A DNA stretch of 64,000 nt. Source: Acidimicrobiia bacterium (GTDB lineage Bacteria > Actinomycetota > Acidimicrobiia > Spongiisociales > ZC4RG35). The stretch is taken from assembly GCA_965203555.1 (NCBI GenBank), contig CBDBCY010000004.1, positions 2,560,001-2,624,000 of the forward strand, written 5' to 3'. Position numbers and translations under genes: made by a program. The notes below the pieces were generated by a model. It worked only from the letters and a program-made list of their open reading frames with translations, was not told the DNA's origin and did not search any database. Positions 50,476-61,303 of the stretch are shown here, piece after piece. Position 1 is the stretch's first letter; each line of letters starts with the position of its first letter.

Positions 50476-50579
50476 GTGTTATATGATGCTCTTAAACGAT
50501 ATTCGATAGACGACATGGCGAACAGATTATTTCGCGTTGTACAAGAAAAAACCGCGAGGCGCGGGCGCAGTGCGATCGT

Positions 50580-53381
50580 TCAGCCTGAATCGGAGGTTTC
50601 GGGTTCAGGCGGCGGTTGCTCACCGTTGGAGAGAGTGATGATTACCTCGGCGCCGGTGGATATCTCGGCGCCGGGTGGGGGCTCGGTTCCGATCACTTGC
50701 TCGGCTTCCAACTCGGGATGTGGTGCATAGGTGACATTGGGGACCAAAGAGATGCCGGTCTCTTCCTGGAGTCGTTGAATATCCGCCAAGACTTCGGCGA
50801 TGGTGAGTCCGGTCCAGTCGGGGAGAGCGACGCTGCTGGGAGCTTCGCCGCTGGAAAGGGTTATGGTCACCTGGTCACCGGAAGTTATCTCGGCGCCGGG
50901 CTGGGGTTGGGTGCCGATTACCTGGTCGGACGCCAGTTCCGAGTGGGGGGCGTAGGTGATGTCCAGGATGATCAGCAGGTCGCTTTCCTGTTCCAGCCGC
51001 CGAACGTCATCGAGGACCTCCGTGATCGTCAGTCCCGTCCAGTCGGGCAAGGGTGCGGTTGGAGGTGTTCCGGTGGACACCTTCAGGGTCACGGGGTCGG
51101 CATGGAGGGCGGTAGCGCCGGGCAGAGGCTGCTGGGTGAGGACTTCTCCGGTGGGCGCCGAGGAGGCGACGTCGACGATCTCCCAGTTGAGGCGTGATCC
51201 GACCAGTGCGGTCTGGGCCGACCTCAGGTCGAGCCCGACCACCTGCGGCACCGATGTGGACGGTCGCAGCTGGTAACGAGCCAAGCCGGGAGGATCGGGC
51301 GGGAACCCGGTCACCTCTACGTCTTGAAGCATGACGTCCATGAATTCCGCCCAGATCGGGGCGGGAACCGAGCCTCCGTACACTCGCCTGTGGCTCTCGC
51401 CTCCGATCACCACGTTCTCGAGAGGTATTTGATTGTGCTCGTAGCCGACCCACACCGCGGTGGTGTGGGTCGGGACGAACCCCACATACCAGGCATCCCG
51501 GAATCCCTGATGGGTACCCGTCTTTCCTCCCTGCGGACGCCCGATTCCCGCCCGGGCCGCCGTCCCCTCCGGAGTCGGAACCTTGGCGAGCGGTATGCGT
51601 GCGGCGGCGAAAGCAGCCGGATCCCCGTTGCTCTGGTACTCCACCTCGTGCTCATACAGGATGCGGTTGTCCGGCGAGACCACCCGGGAAATAATGTAGG
51701 GTGCCGCCCACAATCCGTTGGTGGCGAAATTGGAGTAGGCCGAGGCCATCTCCAACGGGCTGACCGCTCCGGTGCCCAACACGATGGACAGCACAGTCGG
51801 GAGTTCGGACTGTATCCCCAACCGGTGGGCAACTTCCGCCACCTTGGCCGGTCCGATCATGTCAGAGAGTTGGGCGTAGACGGTGTTGATGGAAGCACTG
51901 GTGGCGTCGGCCAGGGTGAGGACCCCATAGTCTCGGGTTCCCACGTTGCGAACCGTCCATATGTCGGAGTCTTCCACACAGACCGTGGGGCACTGGATTT
52001 CCACCGTCGGCGGAGCGGGTATGGCAGTCCCCAGGGAGATGTTGCGTTCCAGGGCGCCGAGCAGGGCGAAGGGTTTCATGCTGGAACCCGGATTGCGCCG
52101 GCCCTGGATGGCCAGGTCGAACTGAATGAAGTCAAAGGGCAGACCGGAGGCCATCACCTTGACCGCCCCGGTGTAGTTGTCCACCGTCACGATCGATCCG
52201 GTGGGGGAGCAGGAGTGCTCGGTGGCGTAGGTCTCCAGGTAGGACAGGGGATCGGAGGGGAACAAAGCTTGACACAGCACGACGTTCTGTTGATATTCGG
52301 GGAGAGGCATCCAATGCTCCAGGACCCGGTAGGCCTCCCTTTGCAGGGCCAGATCCACGGTCGTCTCGATGCGAAGTCCCCCGCCTCCCTGACACTCGGG
52401 GTTGTCGGCGGCGCAACCGAAGATAGCCTTTTTTCGCTGTTCGGGCGTGTCTCCCAGGAAGGAAAAGCGGGGATGGTAGAGGAGTTGGCGGTTCACCTCC
52501 GCCACCACATGATCGGCCTCTCCCCGGAATGGGATGTGTTCCGCGATCTGCAGGGGAGAATTCTTCGCCTCCTCGGCTTCTTCGGGGTCGATCCACTCGT
52601 TTTGCGCCATCTGGTCGATAATCAGGTTGCGACGGTCTTCAACCCGGTCGGGGCGCGCCCGAGGGTTGTAGAAGGTGGGATTTCGAATCAGCACCGCCAG
52701 CGTGGCCGCCTCCTCGAGGGTGATCTTCTCCAGAGGCTTGGCGAAGAACTCCCGGGCGGCGGCGCTCACTCCGTATGCCCCCGATCCGAAGTAGACCGAG
52801 TTGAGGTAGAACTCCAAGATCTGGTCTTTTTCGTAGGTTCTCTCCAGGTCGGTGGAGACGAAGGCTTCCCGGATTTTGCGTTCGATGGTTATCTCGTCTC
52901 CCACAAAGTGGTTCTTCGCCACCTGCTGGGTGATGGTGGAGCCCCCCAGGTTGGTTTGGTACAGAAAGTTGTAAACAGCCGTCCGGGCGATGGCGGTGAA
53001 GTCGACGCCGTCGTGCTCATAGAAGTCGTCGTCCTCGGCCGCCAGGACGGCATAGATCACTATCTGGGGGATTTGTGCTATGGGTACGGGTTCCGACACT
53101 CGACCGTCGTGCAACTCGGCCAGCAGTTCCCCGTCGGCGGCATACACCCGGGAGACCCTGGAAAGGTCGGGTAGGGTCAGATCTATCTTGGAGACATCGG
53201 GATCGAGCCTTTCCCGGACCTCCTCGAACAGCCCGAATACGGCCGTCACGCCCAGGAATGCAAAGAGCACTCCCCACCCGGCGGTGATGACCATGATCGC
53301 CAGCAGGCCGGCCAGCGACGGCATCCAGCGGTCCCTTCGGTCCTGGGACTCGGCGCGGTGGAATGGTGAGGGGCGCAACAT
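50580..53381 (-). CDS. ponA: Class A penicillin-binding protein (PBP1A/PonA-like) with three PASTA domains
   Basis: Transglycosylase [35 protein letters not shown]; transpeptidase SSMK, SIN, KTGT; C-terminal VP.VVG and LPDWTG repeats. Confidence 0.92.
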   Translation of the reverse strand: MLRPSPFHRAESQDRRDRWMPSLAGLLAIMVITAGWGVLFAFLGVTAVFGLFEEVRERLDPDVSKIDLTLPDLSRVSRVYAADGELLAELHDGRVSEPVPIAQIPQIVIYAVLAAEDDDFYEHDGVDFTAIARTAVYNFLYQTNLGGSTITQQVAKNHFVGDEITIERKIREAFVSTDLERTYEKDQILEFYLNSVYFGSGAYGVSAAAREFFAKPLEKITLEEAATLAVLIRNPTFYNPRARPDRVEDRRNLIIDQMAQNEWIDPEEAEEAKNSPLQIAEHIPFRGEADHVVAEVNRQLLYHPRFSFLGDTPEQRKKAIFGCAADNPECQGGGGLRIETTVDLALQREAYRVLEHWMPLPEYQQNVVLCQALFPSDPLSYLETYATEHSCSPTGSIVTVDNYTGAVKVMASGLPFDFIQFDLAIQGRRNPGSSMKPFALLGALERNISLGTAIPAPPTVEIQCPTVCVEDSDIWTVRNVGTRDYGVLTLADATSASINTVYAQLSDMIGPAKVAEVAHRLGIQSELPTVLSIVLGTGAVSPLEMASAYSNFATNGLWAAPYIISRVVSPDNRILYEHEVEYQSNGDPAAFAAARIPLAKVPTPEGTAARAGIGRPQGGKTGTHQGFRDAWYVGFVPTHTTAVWVGYEHNQIPLENVVIGGESHRRVYGGSVPAPIWAEFMDVMLQDVEVTGFPPDPPGLARYQLRPSTSVPQVVGLDLRSAQTALVGSRLNWEIVDVASSAPTGEVLTQQPLPGATALHADPVTLKVSTGTPPTAPLPDWTGLTITEVLDDVRRLEQESDLLIILDITYAPHSELASDQVIGTQPQPGAEITSGDQVTITLSSGEAPSSVALPDWTGLTIAEVLADIQRLQEETGISLVPNVTYAPHPELEAEQVIGTEPPPGAEISTGAEVIITLSNGEQPPPEPETSDSG

Positions 53382-53439
53382 AGGTAAAACAGTGGGGAAT
53401 GGGTACGATTCCCCTTACAACCGCGAGCATATAGGGTTT

Positions 53440-54996
53440 ATGGACAAAACCGTCACCACCCCCGGCGGAATAGTCACCGAAGAGGTCTACACCGATCCGG
53501 TGGACGTTGCACGACTGGGCTTGCCCGGGGAATACCCCTTCACCCGCGGGCCTTATCCCTCCATGTATCGACGCCGTCACTGGACCATGCGGCAATACGC
53601 GGGGTTCGGCACCGCCGAGACCTCCAATCAAAGATTCCACGCGCTGTTGGCGGCAGGACAGACCGGGCTGTCCGTGGCTTTCGATCTGCCCACCCAGATG
53701 GGCCTGGATTCCGATCACCCGCTGGCCCGGGGCGAAGTAGGTCGAGTGGGAGTCGCCATCGACACGCTGGATGACATGAAGCGGCTGTTGCGGGGCATCC
53801 CCCTGGAGAAGGTGTCCACCTCCATGACTATCAACTCGACCGCTCCCATCCTGCTCCTGTTCTATGAGTTGGTAGCCGAATCACAGGGAGTGGCCCCCCG
53901 GTCTCTGCGGGGGACCGTGCAGAATGACATGCTGAAGGAGTACATAGCCCGGGGCACCTATATCTATCCCCCGGGCCCCTCAATGAGGCTGGTCACCGAT
54001 CTGATTGCCTACGCCGCGGATCGTCTCCCTCATTGGAACCCCATCTCCGTCTCCGGATACCACATCCGGGAAGCGGGGGCGACGGCTGCCGAAGAACTCG
54101 CTTTTACCATCGCCAACGGCGCCGCCTACGTCCGGGCGGCGATGGACGCAGGGTTGGCGGTGGACGACTTCGCTCCCCGCATCTCGTTCTTTTGGAACAG
54201 CCACAGTCATCTTTTCGAGGAGGCGGCCAAGTTCCGGGCGGCGCGCCGGATCTGGGCCCGAGTGATGAAGGAGGTTTTCGGCGCTCGGGCGCCGGCGTCC
54301 CAGCGTATGCGCTTTCACGCCCAGACCGCCGGAAGCAGTCTTACTGCCCTGCAACCGGAGAACAACATCGTCCGCACCACCGTCCAGGCGCTGGCGGCGG
54401 TGCTGGGAGGCACGCAGTCCCTGCACACCAACGGCTTCGACGAGGCTCTGAGCCTGCCCACCCGGCATTCCGCCACCCTGGCTCTGCGTACTCAGCAGAT
54501 CCTTGCTTTCGAATCCGGAACCACCGACACGGTTGATCCTTTGGCCGGCTCCTTCTACGTGGAGGCTTTGACCGAGGCCTTGGAAGATGAAGCCACTCTG
54601 TTGTTGGAAGAGATCGAGGGTATGGGCGGCGCCGTCAAGGCTGTGGGGTGGATGCAGTCCCGGATCGAGGAGTCGGCATACCGGGCTGCCCGGGGTATCG
54701 AGGAGGGTTCGATTAAAGTGGTGGGCGTGAACAAGTTCAAAGACGAAGAATCCGCGGAACCCTCCATCAGCAGGGCCGATCCACAACTGGAGGTCTCTCA
54801 ACTGCGGCGACTTGCGGACCATCGCGCCGGCCGCGACCAGCGGGCGGTGGGGGGCGCACTGCGTACCTTGAAACGGGAGGCGGGCGGGGATGCGAATCTG
54901 CTGCATCCCATGAGGGGCGCCTTGGCGGCGGGTGCCACCCTGGGGGAGGTTTCCGGTGTCCTGCGTAGTGTTTTCGGCGCGCACCGGCTGAACTGA
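53440..54996 (+). CDS. Methylmalonyl-CoA mutase, substrate-binding (large) subunit
   Basis: [18 protein letters not shown] (Tyr specificity residue), [29 protein letters not shown]; no B12-binding DxHxxG domain. Confidence 0.93.
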   Translation: MDKTVTTPGGIVTEEVYTDPVDVARLGLPGEYPFTRGPYPSMYRRRHWTMRQYAGFGTAETSNQRFHALLAAGQTGLSVAFDLPTQMGLDSDHPLARGEVGRVGVAIDTLDDMKRLLRGIPLEKVSTSMTINSTAPILLLFYELVAESQGVAPRSLRGTVQNDMLKEYIARGTYIYPPGPSMRLVTDLIAYAADRLPHWNPISVSGYHIREAGATAAEELAFTIANGAAYVRAAMDAGLAVDDFAPRISFFWNSHSHLFEEAAKFRAARRIWARVMKEVFGARAPASQRMRFHAQTAGSSLTALQPENNIVRTTVQALAAVLGGTQSLHTNGFDEALSLPTRHSATLALRTQQILAFESGTTDTVDPLAGSFYVEALTEALEDEATLLLEEIEGMGGAVKAVGWMQSRIEESAYRAARGIEEGSIKVVGVNKFKDEESAEPSISRADPQLEVSQLRRLADHRAGRDQRAVGGALRTLKREAGGDANLLHPMRGALAAGATLGEVSGVLRSVFGAHRLN

Positions 54997-56369
54997 TGAA
55001 CCGATTCCTGAGTTCTGCCGGTCCCACTTTCGTGATCGTGGGAGGCGGTCCCGGGGGCGTGATGGCCGCCACCACGGCGGCTTCTTTGGGCGCCCGGGTG
55101 ATCCTGGTGGAGGATTCAGTGGTGGGAGGGGGCGCTCACCTGTGGGATTGCATACCCTCCAAGACCATGGCGGCGACGGCCGCCACCAAGGATCTGGTCG
55201 ACCGGGCTGAGCGCCTGGGATTGGTGGGCGCCTCTGCAGACGTGGACCAGAAGCGGCTCTCGGAACGGATCAAGAACATCTGGAGTGACATCAATATTGG
55301 ATTCTTGGAGTTGCTGCTCTCCCAGGATGTCCGCATCATCAGAGGCCGGGGACGTTTGATCGGTTCGGATCGGGTGGCGGTCAATACCGCAGAGGGAACC
55401 ATGGAGTTTGGGTTCGACTTCTGCGTCGTCTCCACCGGCTCAGCACCCCGGGTTCCCGATTGGGCGCCGGTGGACGGAAAGCGAGTGCTGACCACTCGTC
55501 ACGCATACGACATGAAGGAAGCGCCCGAACACCTGGTGATAGTGGGTTCAGGCGTCACGGGCGTGGAATTCACCCACATCTTCAAGTCTTTGGGCAGCGA
55601 AATAACTTTGATCGTCAGTCAGCAGCAGATACTTCCCCATCGTGATCCGGAAGTGGCGTCGGTGCTGCAGAACGACTTTCTCAAAAGAGGGGTGAAGCTG
55701 GTCATCGGCGCTTACGCCAGTGGCATAGAAGTCACCGACGACGGAGTGTTGGTGGAGTGCGACGACGGGCGGCGGGTGCTGGGCAGTCATGTGTTGCTGG
55801 CGGTGGGTTCTTATCCTCTCACCCGGGGGATCGGCCTGGAGGAAGTGGGGATAGAACTCAGCCGCAGCGGGCACATACGGGTGGATTCCTTCCAGCGCAC
55901 CAGTCTTGCCAATGTGTACGCCGCCGGGGACTGCACGGGCCGGATGCCCCTTTCCTCCGTTGCCTCTCTGCAGGGCCGCAAGATTGCGCTCCACGCCCTG
56001 GGATACCCGGTTACTCCCCTTGATTATTCGAATGTGGCGGCTGCAGTGTTCACCTCCCCCGAGATCGCCTCGGTGGGGCTGGAGGACGTGACCGCCGCCG
56101 CCAAGGGCCGCAAGGTCCGCACCACCAAGGTGCCCTTTGCCGCCAATCCTCGCAGTGTCCTGGAGGGAAAGGAAGAGGGATTCGTCAAGGTCATCTCCGA
56201 TCCGGCGACCCGGGTGGTGCTGGGGGGAACCATCGTCGGCCACCGGGCCTCCGATTTGATCGGCATCATTGCTTTGGCAGTTCAGGCGGACGTCACCACC
56301 GACAACCTGTTGGAAGCCCTGATGGTGCATCCCTCACTGTCGGAGAGCATCAGCGAAGCCGCCGAGTAG
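54996..56369 (+). CDS. lpdA: NAD(P)H-quinone dehydrogenase, LpdA-like flavoprotein disulfide reductase family
   Basis: GGGPGG, GGAHLWDCIPSK (single Cys), GSGVTGVEF, YAAGDCTG. Confidence 0.85.
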   Translation: MNRFLSSAGPTFVIVGGGPGGVMAATTAASLGARVILVEDSVVGGGAHLWDCIPSKTMAATAATKDLVDRAERLGLVGASADVDQKRLSERIKNIWSDINIGFLELLLSQDVRIIRGRGRLIGSDRVAVNTAEGTMEFGFDFCVVSTGSAPRVPDWAPVDGKRVLTTRHAYDMKEAPEHLVIVGSGVTGVEFTHIFKSLGSEITLIVSQQQILPHRDPEVASVLQNDFLKRGVKLVIGAYASGIEVTDDGVLVECDDGRRVLGSHVLLAVGSYPLTRGIGLEEVGIELSRSGHIRVDSFQRTSLANVYAAGDCTGRMPLSSVASLQGRKIALHALGYPVTPLDYSNVAAAVFTSPEIASVGLEDVTAAAKGRKVRTTKVPFAANPRSVLEGKEEGFVKVISDPATRVVLGGTIVGHRASDLIGIIALAVQADVTTDNLLEALMVHPSLSESISEAAE

Positions 56370-56814
56370 GCCACTGTCCGCGGCCAGTGAAGGGGGCGCG
56401 GAACCGGCGGAATGGGAAAAAACGATGACTGCCGCGGTTGCAATTGTCGCAGGGCCCGCCCCATATTGGTATGACCGTATCACCTCCGGGTCTGATCAGA
56501 CGTCGCTCGGACCACTGGAAGGGATCATATCCGGAAACCGAATCCGCGGCCACAGTGGCTGATTCGCGTTCCCGTACCGGCAGGGTGGTAGGTGGGGGAG
56601 GGGCCCCGGAGGACGAAGTGTCGGGACGCATTTTCGCGAGATAGTGATTGCGAGGATGGTTTTCCTCCGAGGACGACCACATGAAAGGGGACGATGAGCG
56701 TTGGCCGACCGGCTTGATTGGGGATCTGCTGCGGCTATCGGGAAGCGTCGAGCGGTATTCGCTCCTGCGTTCATCTTGCGCATGGGTCTTCCATCAGGGG
56801 TAGAGTTGCAGCCC

Positions 56815-58170
56815 ATGGATCGTCGCATCTTCGGCATTGAAAGTGAATACGGTGTCACCTTCACCCTGAGGGGGCAGCGGCGGCTGAGTCCCGACGAGGT
56901 GGCGAGATACCTGTTCAGGAGGGTGGTGAGTTGGGGACGCTCCTCCAATGTCTTCTTGGAGAACGGCGCCCGGCTGTACCTGGATGTCGGCTCCCACCCC
57001 GAATACGCCACGCCCGAGTGCGACTCCATAGAAGATGTGATCGTCTATGACCGGGCGGGAGAGCGGTTCTTGGAGAGTCTTATCAACTCGGCGGAGGAGC
57101 GTCTTTCCGCAGAGGGGGTCAAGGGCCAGATCTTCTTGTTCAAGAACAACACGGACTCGGCAGGCAACAGCTACGGCTGCCACGAGAACTATTTGATCAC
57201 CCGCGCCAAGGACTTCGAGCAGACGGTGAACATCCTCCTCCCCTTCCTGGTGACCAGACAGATCTTCCTGGGGGCCGGAAAGCTCCATCAGAGCACCAGG
57301 CAGGTCACCTATTCGATAGCCCAGCGGGCAGATCACATCTGGGAGGGAATCTCGTCGGCCACCACCCGCAGCCGACCGATCATCAACACCCGCGACGAGC
57401 CCCACGCCGACGCTGAGCAGTACCGTCGACTGCACCTCATCGCCGGTGACTCCAACATGAGCGAGTACGCCACATTCGTCAAGATCGGGACGATGCTGGC
57501 GCTTCTGCAGATGATCGAGAGCGACGCGATGTTCAGGGACCTGACACTGGAAAACCCCATCAAGGCGATTCGTCAGATCTCCCATGATCTGACTTGCTCC
57601 ACCAATGTCCGGCTTCAAAACGGCCGACTGATGTCCGCCCTGGACATCCAATGGGAGTACTTCGATCGGGTCACCAGGTACGCTCAACAGCCCGGTTTCC
57701 CGCCCGAAGTGCAGCGGGCGGTCGACCGTTGGGAGCACCTGTTGACCGGCTTGGAGAAGGATCCGCTCAGTCTCGACCGAGAGGTGGACTGGGTTATAAA
57801 GCACCGGTTGCTGGAGGAGTACCGAGAGCGGAGAGGGGTCTCCGAAAAAGACGCCAGACTGGCCCTGGTCGACCTTTCCTACCACGACGTGGACACCAGC
57901 CGCGGTCTGTATTACGTCTTGGAGAGGCACGGCCTGGTTGACAAGGTCGTCACCGACGAACAGGTATCGAGGGCGCAGACCAGGCCGCCTCAGACCACCC
58001 GGGCCAGGCTGCGGGGAGCGTTCATCAAAGCGGCCAAGGCCCGGCGCCGGGACTTTACGGTGGACTGGATGCACCTCAAACTGAATGACCAGACCCAACA
58101 GACCATGTTGTGCAAAGACCCTTTCCGCTCCCACGATGAACGGATCGAGCGGTTCATCGACTCGCTCTGA
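56815..58170 (+). CDS. pafA: Pup--protein ligase
   Basis: [62 protein letters not shown]. Confidence 0.97.
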   Translation: MDRRIFGIESEYGVTFTLRGQRRLSPDEVARYLFRRVVSWGRSSNVFLENGARLYLDVGSHPEYATPECDSIEDVIVYDRAGERFLESLINSAEERLSAEGVKGQIFLFKNNTDSAGNSYGCHENYLITRAKDFEQTVNILLPFLVTRQIFLGAGKLHQSTRQVTYSIAQRADHIWEGISSATTRSRPIINTRDEPHADAEQYRRLHLIAGDSNMSEYATFVKIGTMLALLQMIESDAMFRDLTLENPIKAIRQISHDLTCSTNVRLQNGRLMSALDIQWEYFDRVTRYAQQPGFPPEVQRAVDRWEHLLTGLEKDPLSLDREVDWVIKHRLLEEYRERRGVSEKDARLALVDLSYHDVDTSRGLYYVLERHGLVDKVVTDEQVSRAQTRPPQTTRARLRGAFIKAAKARRRDFTVDWMHLKLNDQTQQTMLCKDPFRSHDERIERFIDSL

Positions 58171-58182
58171 GAGGAGGTTTCA

Positions 58183-59118
58183 GTGAAAAAAAGGGAACGG
58201 CTTCTGAATCTGCTCTGTTTGCTCTGGTCAAGCAAACGCAGGTTCACTCGCGAGGATATATTTCGTCGGATGGCCCCCTACCGAAGTTACGCCAATCCCG
58301 AGACTGCCCGAAGGACCTTCGAGAGAGACAAAAAGACCCTGCGGCAGGCTGGTTTCGAGATTCGGACCAGTCAGCCGGATGAGGGACCGGCCACCTATAC
58401 GCTCGCCCAGCCGAACAACGCCCTGGGGGAGATGGAGCTGTCCGACTCCGAGCGGATGGCGTTGGCGGTTTCGGTGGCGATGGTGAAACTGGGCGGCGCC
58501 TTTTCAGTGGATCGCACCCTGGTCAAGCTGGGCGCCGGGTCGGTGGGGGGGATGTCGACCATGAACCTGGATGTGGGTGACCTGGAGACCGAAAAGGTGC
58601 ATGACCTGCTGAGAGCCGTACAGTTGCGCTCCCACATATTCTTCAACTACAAGGGGAGGCGGCGTCGGCAGGTGGAGCCGTTGCGGATTGTCAGCCGACG
58701 CGGACATTGGTATGTGCAGGCGCGGGAAGACGAGATCGTCAAGACTTTCAGGATCGACCGGCTCAGCGGCCTGTACGTTTCTTCCCGAGAGGACATGTAT
58801 GACCTCACGCCCTTCCCCGAGGGGCCGAACATTCTGACCGCCGAGCCATGGGAGTTCGGGGAGGAAGAGGCGGTGGAGACCACCGTCCGTTTCGACGCCG
58901 ACGCAGCCTGGTACGTGCGGCCTCGCCTTCCCTCCTCGGTCAGGATCAGGGAGGAGAGCGACGGTTCCCTGACGGTGCATGCCACGGTCACCAACCGGGC
59001 CGCCTTCTTCTTCTGGATTCTGGACTTCGGGCCGGACGGAGAAATCGTGGCGCCCGATTCGATGCGACGGAGTCTGATCGAATGGGTAGAGGAGTCTCGG
59101 GCGGGAGGAGGCTCATGA
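58183..59118 (+). CDS. pafB: WYL-domain transcriptional regulator PafB
   Basis: ERLLNL, RRTFERDK..LR, VEP..GHWYV, FRIDR; follows pafA. Confidence 0.9.
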   Translation: MKKRERLLNLLCLLWSSKRRFTREDIFRRMAPYRSYANPETARRTFERDKKTLRQAGFEIRTSQPDEGPATYTLAQPNNALGEMELSDSERMALAVSVAMVKLGGAFSVDRTLVKLGAGSVGGMSTMNLDVGDLETEKVHDLLRAVQLRSHIFFNYKGRRRRQVEPLRIVSRRGHWYVQAREDEIVKTFRIDRLSGLYVSSREDMYDLTPFPEGPNILTAEPWEFGEEEAVETTVRFDADAAWYVRPRLPSSVRIREESDGSLTVHATVTNRAAFFFWILDFGPDGEIVAPDSMRRSLIEWVEESRAGGGS

Positions 59119-60056
59119 CATACGTGCAGCCTTTGGGAGGGCTGGGGCGGCTCTTGATGGTGATCCCCTGGCTGATAAAGGAGAGGGAGGCGCCTATCGG
59201 GGAGATGGAAAGGCGTTTCGCCATCAAGCCGGAGCAACTTGTGAAAGATATGGCGGCGCTCAACGAGGTTGACTTCTTCGTCAGTCCCGAGCAGCGTTTC
59301 TCGGTGGAGATAACCGGCGAACGCGTCAAGGTGCTGGAGGCGCCCGACTTTCCCTCCACTCCCGGGTTTCTTCCCTTTGAGGCCCTGGCCTGCCTGGTAG
59401 CGGGCAAGGCCGCCCTGGAGATGAACCCGGATGCGTCCGATCTGAGTTCGGCGGTGGAGAAACTGGAAAGGGCCATGATCCCCCACGATGCCAGGGCGCT
59501 GCGGATCCTGTCCGGAACCGGGGTTCCCTGGGTGAACGAGTTGCGGGAGTGGGCGATGGCGCGCCGAGTGGTCCGGTTGCGGTATCGATCCACCGACAAG
59601 GGGGAACTCTCCGACCGGGAGGTGGAACCCTGGCAGGTGTACCAATGGATGGGTACCTGGTACCTGTGGGGATACAGCCGCACCAAGCACGAGCCCCGCC
59701 GTTACCGGGTGGACGGCATCCAACGGGCCAAACCCATCCGGAAGATCTTCCGTCCCCCGCGGCGGGTCCCCCCTCCGCCCACCACCTACCGTCCGTCGCC
59801 CGGTGACCACCGGGTCGTCTTTTCGATCCGTCCTCAGGCGCGTTGGATCACAGAGCTCTACTCCATGGAGATACTTTCCGAGGATGAGGACGGGCTGCTC
59901 CATGCCGAGTTCTACACACGGGATCCGCGGGTGGCCGCCCGCCTGGCGCTGCAACTGGGCCCCGATTTGCGGATCGTGGAAGGTGACGCGGCCCGCATGA
60001 TGCTGACCGAGCAGGCCACCGCAGTGCTGGCTCGTTACGGAGAGCGGGCCGGCTGA
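59115..60056 (+). CDS. pafC: WYL-domain transcriptional regulator PafC
   Basis: RLLMVIPWL, REVEPW..TWYL, YRVDGI, ARWITE; ATGA-coupled to pafB. Confidence 0.88.
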   Translation: MTYVQPLGGLGRLLMVIPWLIKEREAPIGEMERRFAIKPEQLVKDMAALNEVDFFVSPEQRFSVEITGERVKVLEAPDFPSTPGFLPFEALACLVAGKAALEMNPDASDLSSAVEKLERAMIPHDARALRILSGTGVPWVNELREWAMARRVVRLRYRSTDKGELSDREVEPWQVYQWMGTWYLWGYSRTKHEPRRYRVDGIQRAKPIRKIFRPPRRVPPPPTTYRPSPGDHRVVFSIRPQARWITELYSMEILSEDEDGLLHAEFYTRDPRVAARLALQLGPDLRIVEGDAARMMLTEQATAVLARYGERAG

Positions 60057-60194
60057 CGGCGCTTTCGATCCGTACTGTCCGGTGGATGGGGCGATAGGAC
60101 ATGGAGTCGTTGTGACCGTCGCCGCAGGGTAATCAGCGGATTGCCCTTACCACTTCGACCAACGGCTCATTTAGCATGGAGACGGCGGCGTCGG

Positions 60195-60578
60195 GTTGGT
60201 CACGGTAACGTCGAGTTGATCCCATTGGTCGACCCGGACGACGGCCTCCCTATCGAGATAGGTCAAACAATCGTCGGAGTCGTCGACTATCCCTCGGATG
60301 CGGACTGGTATTGGATCCACCTGCGGGAGGATGAGACGGTGAGAATCAGCACCGACTCCATCACGGTGGACACCGTCGTCTTTGTCAACGGCGCCGACGA
60401 CTGGCTGGAGTCGTTTGAATTCGATGACGACAGCGGCGAGGGACTGTTCGGGTTCAACGCCGAACTGGTTTATCAGGCGCCGCGCACCGGCGAGTTTCTG
60501 ATCGCGGTGGCGGAGGTGTGGGGCGAACAAGTCGGCGGTTACTACCTGACCGTGGAAAGAGTCTCCGATAGCGGGTGA
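60195..60578 (+). pseudogene. Orphan C-terminal pre-peptidase (PPC)-like domain fragment
   Basis: DPDDG..GQTIVGVVDYPSDADWY..DDDSGEGLFGFNAELVYQAP.TGEF..GGYYLTVE; no credible start or catalytic domain. Confidence 0.6.
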
Positions 60579-60672
60579 ATGACGCCCGGCCCACAGGAGG
60601 ATTCTGCTCCGCGGTCTTGCCGTACAGGGAGCGGGCTTTCGGGTCATTCGCTGACGGGCTAGGATTTCCAAC

Positions 60673-61281
60673 ATGAGCGTTATGTCCCGATTGCGTAAGT
60701 CCCTGCCGGATGGGGTTGATCCCTCTCGGCTCCCCCCCGGCCAGTACAACACCAAGCGGTTTCCGGTGCTGCATGTGGGATACACCCCCAAAGTGAAGCT
60801 GGACAAGTGGGACTTCAAAGTGGAAGGCCTGGTCAAGAACCCTCTTACCTGGTCATACGAGGAGATGACCTCCCTTCCGCAAGCCGAGAGGGTGTGCGAC
60901 ATCCATTGCGTCACCAAATGGTCGAAGTTCGACACTCGGTGGGAGGGAGTAGCCGTCACCGATGTGCTGTCGCAGTTGGAACTTCTGCCCGAGGCCACCC
61001 ACGTGCTGGTCCTGGCCGAGCACGGCTTCACTTCCAACCTGTCACTGGAGGACTTTTCCAGGCCAGAGAACCTCTTTGCCACCAGATTCGACGGGAAGCC
61101 GTTGGCGCCCGATCATGGATGGCCGATGAGACTGGTGGTTCCGCATCTGTATTTTTGGAAGTCTGCCAAGTGGGTGCGGGGCATTCGGTTCATCGACGCC
61201 GACCAACCGGGATTCTGGGAGAGGAACGGCTATCACATGCGGGGAGACCCCTGGGCCGAGGAGCGCTACTGGGGCGACTGA
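60673..61281 (+). CDS. Sulfite oxidase-like molybdopterin oxidoreductase (YuiH-like)
   Basis: RLPPGQ, FPVLH, DIHCVTKWS, HGWPMRLVVPHLYFWKSAKW, GFWERNGYH. Confidence 0.93.
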   Translation: MSVMSRLRKSLPDGVDPSRLPPGQYNTKRFPVLHVGYTPKVKLDKWDFKVEGLVKNPLTWSYEEMTSLPQAERVCDIHCVTKWSKFDTRWEGVAVTDVLSQLELLPEATHVLVLAEHGFTSNLSLEDFSRPENLFATRFDGKPLAPDHGWPMRLVVPHLYFWKSAKWVRGIRFIDADQPGFWERNGYHMRGDPWAEERYWGD

Positions 61282-61303
61282 TCCCTCACCCGGGATCGGA
61301 CGA

